A stretch of 12,544 nt of DNA from Candidatus Sericytochromatia bacterium. GTDB taxonomy: Bacteria > Cyanobacteriota > Sericytochromatia > S15B-MN24 > UBA4093. Below are positions 6,808 to 12,544 of this stretch, piece after piece. How positions within the stretch are numbered: position 1 is the stretch's first letter; the number at the start of each line of letters is the position of its first letter. The stretch is taken from contig JAKFCT010000044.1 in NCBI GenBank assembly GCA_036676495.1, positions 1 to 12,544 on the forward strand, given 5' to 3'. The translations under genes were made by a program, and so were the position numbers. The notes below the pieces were generated by a model. It saw only the letters and a list, made by a program, of their open reading frames with translations. It had not been told where the DNA came from and did not search any database.

Positions 6808-8469
6808 TCAGGACCCCGACGGGCTAACACTCGCCTGCATGCGATGCCAGATGCGCGAGAGCGCCTCCTTCAGGCTGAGGGCATCAGTGTAGCGGCTGGA
6901 GGGCAGCTCCTCGAAGGCGCGGCGAATGGTGCGGTTGAGTTCGTCGAGCCATTCGGGCGTGGCCGTGATCCCGTGCCGGTCCAGGAAGAGGCGCACCGCA
7001 GGGCTATCCGGGCCGATGGGGCGGAACTGCTCGGCGGGGATCAGGCCGAACGTGCGCGGGCCCAGCCAGGGCTCGGTGGGGAGTGCGCCGGTAATCAGGC
7101 GGTAGAGGGTGAGTCCGAGCGAATAGAGGTCGGAAGGGGGCTTGGCTTGGTTGGGAGCCGCGAACTGCTCGGGGGCCATGTAGGTGAAGGTGCCGATGGG
7201 GACCCCGGCGTCCAGGGTGAGGTTGCTGGTGCCCATGGCGTTGTTCTTGGCGATGCCGAAGTCCAGCAGCTTGACGCCTCCGCGGCGGGTGAGCATGACG
7301 TTGCTGGGCTTGATGTCGCGGTGGACGATGCCGTCGGAGTGGGAGGCGGCCAGGATGTCGCAGAGGGCGATGCCGATCTCGACGATCTGGTCGAGCGCGA
7401 GGCCGTCTCCTCCCTCTTCGAGGTTCTTGCCGTCGATCCACTCGGTGACCAGGGTGTTGGGCTCCAGGTAGTCGAAGACCTTCACGACCCCGTCATGGAC
7501 GTTGGAGAGGGCGATCAGGCTCTGGACTTCCTTGTGGAAGCGCGAGCGGGCCATGTCCGAGTGGGCTCCGACTCCGGGGTGAACCTGTTTGAGGGCGACC
7601 ATCCGGTTGAGCTTGGTGTCGGTGGCGGCGTAGAGGATCGAGTGGAGCGAGGAGCCGACGACGCGTTCGACCCGGTACTGCCCGATCATCTCGCCGGCCG
7701 CGTGGATGCGGTGACCTTCCGGGGCGTAGGCCACGGGGCCGGTCTGAAGCGCGCCGGCGGTGCCGCGGGCGGGAGGGGCGATCGCCACCTCTTGCTCCGG
7801 CTTGGCTTTCGCTTCCTTGCGCATCATCCAGAGGGCCCATCCCCCGCTGAGGGAGCCGACTCCGGCGACGAGGCCGAGGGCGATCGCCCAGGGGTTGGAG
7901 CGTTGCGGCGGGGAGGGAGGAAGGGAGGACTCTTCGCTACTTTGGGGGCGCGAGCGGATCTGGAGGATCAGGTCCGTGGCGGCGAGGCGCACGGCGGGAT
8001 CGCGAAGCATGGCCTCCTCGCAGACGGCGATGGCTGCGGCTTCGCGTCCGCTCGCCACCAGGATCTGGGCGACCGGAAGGTAGACCCAGCCGTTCTCCGG
8101 CCATGCCTTGATGGCCTTGTTGCCGCTGGCGATCGCCAGGTCCCAGCGCTTCTGCTGGGCCTGGATGGAGGCGATGCGCAGGTAGAGGTCGGGCTGCTGG
8201 TGGCGTTCGGCCGTCTTCGCGATGGCCTCGAGCATGGTGACGGCTTCGTCCCATTTTCCGGCCATGGCCAGGGCGTTGGCCTTGGAGAGGTCCTCGGATC
8301 CCAGGGGGGAGGCGGGGTCGAGTGGAGCCAGGGCGGCTGAGGGGGGATTTCCCTGGGGGGCGGCCGGGCCGGGGGCTTGCATGGACTGAGCGCTGGCGAG
8401 CCCACCCAGGAGGGGAGCGGCAAGCGCCAGCGCGATCAGGTTCAAGCGGAAGCTACCAGCAGGTCTCAA
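6808..8469 (-). CDS. Membrane receptor-type Ser/Thr protein kinase with exported TPR-like domain (553 aa)
   Basis: Signal peptide (LIALALAAPLLGGLASA-Q), TPR-like helices (GKWDEAV..., KRWDLAIASGNKAIKAWPEN..., GREAAAIAVCEEAMLRDP), TM helix PWAIALGLVAGVGSLSGGWALWMM followed by basic RKEAKAK, then a kinase with VALK, HRDIKPSN, DFG, GTFTYMAPE, SDLYSLG. TTG start is uncertain. Confidence 0.9.
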   Translation of the reverse strand: MRPAGSFRLNLIALALAAPLLGGLASAQSMQAPGPAAPQGNPPSAALAPLDPASPLGSEDLSKANALAMAGKWDEAVTMLEAIAKTAERHQQPDLYLRIASIQAQQKRWDLAIASGNKAIKAWPENGWVYLPVAQILVASGREAAAIAVCEEAMLRDPAVRLAATDLILQIRSRPQSSEESSLPPSPPQRSNPWAIALGLVAGVGSLSGGWALWMMRKEAKAKPEQEVAIAPPARGTAGALQTGPVAYAPEGHRIHAAGEMIGQYRVERVVGSSLHSILYAATDTKLNRMVALKQVHPGVGAHSDMARSRFHKEVQSLIALSNVHDGVVKVFDYLEPNTLVTEWIDGKNLEEGGDGLALDQIVEIGIALCDILAASHSDGIVHRDIKPSNVMLTRRGGVKLLDFGIAKNNAMGTSNLTLDAGVPIGTFTYMAPEQFAAPNQAKPPSDLYSLGLTLYRLITGALPTEPWLGPRTFGLIPAEQFRPIGPDSPAVRLFLDRHGITATPEWLDELNRTIRRAFEELPSSRYTDALSLKEALSRIWHRMQASVSPSGS

Positions 8470-8510
8470 TGGTCACCACCAACGACTCGGGAGGCGGAAG
8501 GCCGTCCTTC

Positions 8511-8539
8511 ATTGTACCCCAACAAACCCGACTCCTGAA
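8511..8539 (-). promoter_or_regulatory. putative sigma70 promoter for the kinase pair
   Basis: Minus strand TTCAGG (8539-8534), 17-nt spacer, TACAAT (8516-8511), about 40 nt upstream of the kinase start. Confidence 0.5.
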
Positions 8540-8578
8540 AACCGGCGAGGCGCCTTGGGGCGCGCCACGGGCGCCTCG
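8537..8578 (-). terminator. possible terminator downstream of the methyltransferase
   Basis: 9-bp inverted repeat CGAGGCGCC (8546-8554) / GGCGCCTCG (8570-8578), followed on the minus strand by CCGGTTTTC. The U-tract is short and offset. Confidence 0.35.
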
Positions 8579-8702
8579 AGGCGGCCGGCCCCCCGGGGCA
8601 TGCCGGCTGGAGGGGCGTCCTGCGCGGATCTCGGCGGGGAGGTCGGGGCGCGGCGTAGACCGGGCGAGCGATGTTTAAGAATCCTTACCGCCCGCCGGAG
8701 GC

Positions 8703-9458
8703 TCAGACGTGCATGGGGCGTGCCAGGTAGGCCACGCGGTAGGTGGTGGGGACGGGCTCGCGCTCGGTGAGGCATTCGTAGGCGGCCACGACTTCCATGC
8801 CGGCACGCTCCAGGAGGGTTTCGACCTGCTCGGGGGAGTAGCCGCGGTGGCGGTGGACCTCTTCGACCCGGCGGTAGCGGCCGTCTGCTTCGCGCTCGAA
8901 GAAGAGCGCGTGCAGGGTGCCGACCTCGGAAACCGGATCGTAGGAGGACTTCCAGATGCGGGTGAGGTCGAGGTCGAAGGAGGTGTCGGTGGTCTCTCCC
9001 CAGGTCTGCTCGATGGCATGGTCGGTGATCATGTCGAACAGGAAGAGGCCGTCGTGGCGGAGGTGGGCACGGACCTGGCGGAAACTTTCTTCCAAGTCTT
9101 CGGGAACCAACATGTAGTTCAGGGCGTCATAGAAACATGTGACGGCGTCGAACGGTCCCCCGGCCTGGAAGCGGCGGAGGTCGCCTTGCAGCCAGGTGAC
9201 GGGGGCATTCCAGCGTTCGGCCTTTGCCTTGGCGTTTTCCAGCATGGTCTCGGAGAGGTCGAGGGCGGTGACCTCGTAGCCCCTGCGGGCGAGGGCGATC
9301 GCCGCCGAACCGGTGCCGCAGGCCAGGTCGAGGACCCGCTGGATCCGGTACGGCGCGTGCTGCGCCCAGAGGTAAAAGGCGTAGAGCACCATCCGGAGCG
9401 AGAAACGGCTCTGTCCGGTTCGGTCGTAAAGAGAGGCGTACGCGTCGTAAAGGGCCAT
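8703..9458 (-). CDS. Class I SAM-dependent methyltransferase (YqeM-like)
   Basis: YDAYASLYD N-terminus, RVLDLACGTG motif I, ALDLSETML, QGDLR, FDAVTCFYDALNY and LRHDGLFLFD. Substrate unknown. Confidence 0.9.
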   Translation of the reverse strand: MALYDAYASLYDRTGQSRFSLRMVLYAFYLWAQHAPYRIQRVLDLACGTGSAAIALARRGYEVTALDLSETMLENAKAKAERWNAPVTWLQGDLRRFQAGGPFDAVTCFYDALNYMLVPEDLEESFRQVRAHLRHDGLFLFDMITDHAIEQTWGETTDTSFDLDLTRIWKSSYDPVSEVGTLHALFFEREADGRYRRVEEVHRHRGYSPEQVETLLERAGMEVVAAYECLTEREPVPTTYRVAYLARPMHV

Positions 9459-9619
9459 CGAGAACAGCTCAAACGAAGGAAGGGGGCGGGGGAACGAGGT
9501 CGGAAGCGGCCGTAAACCCTAGTTTGACTGATATAAAGCCTAGGTTAAGGGTATATAACCACGGTCCTGCGCCCTTTGGGGCGAATTAAAAGAAAATTAA
9601 GCTTAGATGGAAATTTAAC

Positions 9620-9648
9620 TGGATATTTTTCCCTCGATCGCTTACCAT
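9620..9648 (+). promoter_or_regulatory. putative promoter for the sigma factor gene
   Basis: TGGATA (9620-9625), 17-nt spacer, TACCAT (9643-9648), preceded by an AT-rich UP-like tract (AATTAAAAGAAAATTAA) within an AT-rich divergent intergenic region. Confidence 0.45.
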
Positions 9649-9669
9649 AGGAAGTTGCCAAACGATCAT

Positions 9670-9807
9670 GGAACGTTCAGCCATTGCCGCGGCAAACGGC
9701 AGGCTGGGCTCAAGTCGGAGGGGGCGGGATCATTATCCCCCCGGCGGAGAAATTCCGCAAGCCGAGCGAGTCGTTCGTTCCTCTGATTGGCGAATCATCG
9801 AGGAGGT
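9670..9807 (+). promoter_or_regulatory. structured 5' leader with SD-sequestering hairpin
   Basis: Hairpins at 9675-9709, 9726-9739 and 9744-9758. TTCCTCTGATT (9778-9788) pairs with AATCA-tc-GAGGAG (9793-9805), covering the SD. Confidence 0.5.
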
Positions 9808-9813
9808 GCAAAC

Positions 9814-10836
9814 TTGGCCAACGTCGCCGGTGAAATCCTGGACATCGCCTCTCCGGTCCCCTTCGAGGAGGAGACCTTACCCCATATGCCGGAGCTCGCC
9901 TTCCAGCCAGTCGATGAGCTGGAGGAGGGCTTCGAGGAGACCGAAGAGCCCCCTGTCGAGCTCACCAAAAAGATCTCCGTCGCCACCACCACTGCCCAGC
10001 ACGAGACCTCGGATGACTCCATTCGCATGTACTTGCAGGAGATCGGCCGCAGGCGCCTCTTGACCCATCCCGAAGAGCTCGAGCTCGCCCGCCGCATCTC
10101 CAACGGAGATGAGCGCGCCAAGCGCCAGCTCGTCGCGGCCAACCTTCGCCTCGTCGTTTCCATCGCCCGCAAGCACCTGGGTCGCGGCCTGTCGTTCCTG
10201 GATCTCATCCAGGAAGGCAACATGGGCCTGATGCGCGCGGCCGAGAAGTACGACTACCGCAAGGGTTATAAGTTCTCGACCTACGCCACCTGGTGGATCC
10301 GCCAGGCCATCACCCGGGCGATCGCCGACCAGGGCCGCACCATCCGCGTTCCCGTCCACATGGTCGAGACCATCTCCCGCGTCAAGAAGACCATCCGCCT
10401 GATGTCCCAGAAGCTGGGCCGTCAGCCCAACGAGCATGAAGTCGCCGCCGAGCTTCAGATCACCGTCGAGAAGCTCCGCGAGATCACCAAGGCCGATCGG
10501 GAGCCCATCTCCCTCGAGACCCCCATCGGCAAGGACGATGACTCCCGCCTCGGCGACATCATCAAGGACCAGTACGCCACGAGCCCCCCGGTCACCGTCA
10601 TGAACCGGATGCTCTTCGAGGACGTCAACTCCCTGCTCGAATCCAACCTGACCGAGCGTGAGCTCTACGTCGTGCGCCGTCGTTTCGGCCTCGATGGCGA
10701 GCCCCAGCGCACGCTCGAAGGCATCGGCCACGACATGGGCGTCACCCGCGAGCGGGTCCGCCAGATCGAAGCCAAGGCCCTCCAGAAGCTCCGCGCCTCC
10801 GCGCAAAAGGAGCAGCTGCGCGGGTACCTGAGCTAG
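9814..10836 (+). CDS. rpoD: RNA polymerase sigma-70 factor, SigA/RpoD family (group 1 or 2), 340 aa
   Basis: Region 1.2 [11 protein letters not shown]; region 2 [38 protein letters not shown]; region 3 [10 protein letters not shown]; region 4 [29 protein letters not shown] 9814 is 6 nt after the SD AGGAGGT (9801-9807). Confidence 0.9.
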   Translation: MANVAGEILDIASPVPFEEETLPHMPELAFQPVDELEEGFEETEEPPVELTKKISVATTTAQHETSDDSIRMYLQEIGRRRLLTHPEELELARRISNGDERAKRQLVAANLRLVVSIARKHLGRGLSFLDLIQEGNMGLMRAAEKYDYRKGYKFSTYATWWIRQAITRAIADQGRTIRVPVHMVETISRVKKTIRLMSQKLGRQPNEHEVAAELQITVEKLREITKADREPISLETPIGKDDDSRLGDIIKDQYATSPPVTVMNRMLFEDVNSLLESNLTERELYVVRRRFGLDGEPQRTLEGIGHDMGVTRERVRQIEAKALQKLRASAQKEQLRGYLS

Positions 10837-10889
10837 GGCGCCTCGCCTCGTCTTGCCGTGGCGCCCGTCGCCTCGGCGTGTTCCACTCA

Positions 10890-10926
10890 GGGCGCCTGGC
10901 CGGTCTCCGGCCAGGCGCCCCTTTTG
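10890..10926 (+). terminator. intrinsic terminator after the sigma factor gene
   Basis: GGGCGCCTGGCCGG-tct-CCGGCCAGGCGCCC (14 bp) followed by CTTTTG. Confidence 0.75.
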
Positions 10927-10944
10927 ATATCGAGATCCCCCCCC

Positions 10945-11835
10945 ATGAACCCTATCGAAAACCCTATCGAAAACCCTATCGAAAACCCCATCGATAACCC
11001 CAGCGAAGCCCCCGCGCATCCCCTTCACCTCAACCCCGAGCTCACGTCCTCCTTCCTCGCCCGCTTCATCCGCGAGGAAGTGACCAAGGCCGGCTTCTCC
11101 AAGGTCGTCCTCGGCCTCTCGGGAGGCATCGACTCCGCGCTCGCCGCCGCCCTCGCCGTCAGGGCATTGGGGCCGGACAACGTCCATGTCATCTGCATGC
11201 CGTACAAGACCAGCAATCCCCAGAGCCTCGAGCATGCCAAGCTCTGCGCGGCGGCCTTCGGCCTCGATCTGGTGGTCACGGAGATCACGCCCATGGCGGA
11301 TGCCTACTTCGAGCGGCAGCCGGAGATCTCGGCGCATCGCAAGGGCAACGTGATGGCGCGCCAGCGCATGATCATCCTCTTCGACGCATCGGCCGCCCTT
11401 CCCGCCCTCGTTCTGGGCACGTCCAACAAGACCGAGCTCTTGCTCGGGTATGGCACGCTTCACGGAGATCTCGCCTCGGCGCTCAACCCCCTGGGAGATC
11501 TCTACAAGACCCAGGTGCGGCAGCTCTCGCGCCACCTGGGCGTGCCCGAGCCCATCATCACCAAGCCCCCCTCGGCAGACCTCTACGAGGGGCAGACCGA
11601 TGAGCAGGATCTCGGCTTTACCTATGAGGAAGTCGATCGCCTCCTGCATGTCCTGGTCGACGAGCGCCTTGCCGACGATCAGATCATGGCGATGGGCTAC
11701 GACGCGGCCATGCTGGAGAGCGTGAAGGGTCGGATCCGGCGCAACCACTTCAAGCGCAAGCCGCCGATCCTGCCGAAGATCTCGGCGCGCACCCTGGACA
11801 AGGATTTCCACTACATGCGCGACTGGGGGCTCTAG
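10945..11835 (+). CDS. nadE: NH3-dependent NAD+ synthetase (no glutaminase domain)
   Basis: VLGLSGGIDSA (SGGxDS), GNVMARQRM, VLGTSNKTE, GYGTLHGD, DLYKTQV and KPPSADL motifs. Start placed at ATG 10945 because the GTG 10858 extension runs through the terminator. Confidence 0.93.
   Translation: MNPIENPIENPIENPIDNPSEAPAHPLHLNPELTSSFLARFIREEVTKAGFSKVVLGLSGGIDSALAAALAVRALGPDNVHVICMPYKTSNPQSLEHAKLCAAAFGLDLVVTEITPMADAYFERQPEISAHRKGNVMARQRMIILFDASAALPALVLGTSNKTELLLGYGTLHGDLASALNPLGDLYKTQVRQLSRHLGVPEPIITKPPSADLYEGQTDEQDLGFTYEEVDRLLHVLVDERLADDQIMAMGYDAAMLESVKGRIRRNHFKRKPPILPKISARTLDKDFHYMRDWGL
10948..11007 (+). repeat. 12-bp tandem repeat, 5 units (NPIE repeat)
   Basis: AACCCTATCGAA x3 (10948-10983), AACCCCATCGAT, AACCCCAGCGAA. 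Confidence 0.92.
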
Positions 11836-11842
11836 CGGTATC

Positions 11843-11922
11843 CGTCACTCCCGCGGAAGCGGGAGTCCAGTGAGCCTTCCCCGCTACCCGGGGGCTGGAT
11901 TCCCGCCCGCGCGGGAATGACG
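11843..11922. repeat. CGTC-tagged REP-like / dRS3-like inverted doublet
   Basis: 28-bp arms CGTCACTCCCGCGGAAGCGGGAGTCCAG (11843-11870) and CTGGATTCCCGCCCGCGCGGGAATGACG (11895-11922) in inverted orientation. The right core ATTCCC-N8-GGGAAT matches the dRS3 consensus. Confidence 0.8.
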
Positions 11923-11939
11923 CTCGCGGAGAAAGGCGA

Positions 11940-11967
11940 GAGGCCCGGACGATTTCGTCCGGGCCTC
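11940..11967. terminator. bidirectional terminator hairpin between nadE and the aminopeptidase gene
   Basis: GAGGCCCGGACG-attt-CGTCCGGGCCTC (12-bp stem) between convergent stop codons. Confidence 0.7.
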
Positions 11968-11976
11968 GATTCTTGG

Positions 11977-12544
11977 TTACTTCTTGGTCTTGGCGGCCGG
12001 GGCCTTGGTGGCCGTCTTGGCCTTGGCTGCCGGAGCCTTGGCCGCGGGGGCCTTGGCGGCGGCCTTCTTGCCGTTGCCGGCGGCAGCCGCGACCTTGGTC
12101 TTGGCGTTGCCGTTCTCGCTCACATAGGTCTCGGCGAGGTTCAGGAGCAGGCGGACGCCGATGCCGGTCGCGCCCTTGGGCACGTAGGCCTTGCCCTTCT
12201 CCTCCCACGCGGTGCCCGCGATGTCGAGGTGGGCCCAGGGGTACTTCTCGGCGAACTTCGAGAGGAAGGCCGCGGCGGAGATGGTGCCCGCTTCGCGCCC
12301 GCCCGAGTTCTTGAGGTCAGCGATGTCGGACTTGACGAGCTCGTGGTACTCCTCCCAGAGCGGCAGGGGCCAGGCGCGCTCGTTGGTCTCTTCGCCGGCC
12401 TGGCGGACGCGCTGGATGAAGTCCTCGTTGTTGCCCATCAGGCCGATGGCGTTGTTGCCGAGGGCGACGACGCAGGCGCCGGTGAGGGTGGCGAGGTCGA
12501 CGACGCCCTTGGGGTTGTAGCGCTCGGCGTAGGTGAGGGCGTCG
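11977..12544 (-). CDS. pepA: Leucyl aminopeptidase (M17), 3' part; 5' end outside window; Lys/Ala-rich C-terminal tail
   Basis: Frame stays open to the window edge: DALTYAERY..VVDLATLTGACVVALG...ERAWPLPL...SDIADLKN...AGTISAAAFL...WAHLDIAG...GATGIGVRLL, all typical of the M17 C-terminal domain. Confidence 0.92.
   Translation of the reverse strand, partial: DALTYAERYNPKGVVDLATLTGACVVALGNNAIGLMGNNEDFIQRVRQAGEETNERAWPLPLWEEYHELVKSDIADLKNSGGREAGTISAAAFLSKFAEKYPWAHLDIAGTAWEEKGKAYVPKGATGIGVRLLLNLAETYVSENGNAKTKVAAAAGNGKKAAAKAPAAKAPAAKAKTATKAPAAKTKK

Noticed and set aside
5545-8340. 931-aa plus-strand ORF
   Set aside because: It is antisense to two well-supported kinase-fold genes and has typical shadow composition.
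5362-8469. Calling the pair pglW / BREX type 2
   Set aside because: PglW is a much larger soluble protein accompanied by pglX/Y/Z. None are present here, and the neighbouring methyltransferase lacks DNA adenine methylase (NPPY/DPPY) motifs.
9721-9765. FMN riboswitch
   Set aside because: Only a partial likeness (GGGGCGGG...CCGGCGG...AAATTCCG..AGCCGA). The 3' half and the GGATGGGAGAA-type end are missing, and the downstream gene is unrelated to riboflavin.
10948-11007. CRISPR array or iterons
   Set aside because: The units are contiguous 12-mers with no spacers, in frame with nadE, and there are no cas or rep genes.
9877-11811. 644-aa minus-strand ORF
   Set aside because: Antisense shadow of the sigma factor and nadE genes.

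Overview
GC-rich bacterial chromosomal window. Housekeeping genes lie at both ends: a partial tRNA-Gly(GCC), prfA and prmC on the left; a SigA/RpoD-family sigma factor, NH3-dependent nadE and the 3' part of an M17 leucyl aminopeptidase on the right. Between them (~2.4-9.5 kb) is a signalling-rich block: a candidate structured ncRNA, a NarL/LuxR regulator with a non-phosphorylatable receiver (Asp->His), a MerR-HTH/coiled-coil (RacA-like) protein, an EF-hand lipoprotein lipase, a kinase pair and a class I methyltransferase. The best candidate for a new system is the co-oriented minus-strand pair at 5362-8469. It combines a receptor-topology Ser/Thr kinase (signal peptide, TPR-like ectodomain, TM helix, intact kinase) with a NERD nuclease fused to a catalytically dead pseudokinase, which suggests a sensor-kinase-controlled nuclease (possible defence or cell-death module). 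Other points of interest are a structured SD-sequestering leader on the sigma gene, an apparently leaderless prmC cut off from prfA by a terminator, a Lys/Ala histone-like tail on the aminopeptidase, a 12-bp VNTR at the start of nadE, and a CGTC/dRS3-type palindromic element. All calls come from motif reading by eye; no searches or folding programs were run.
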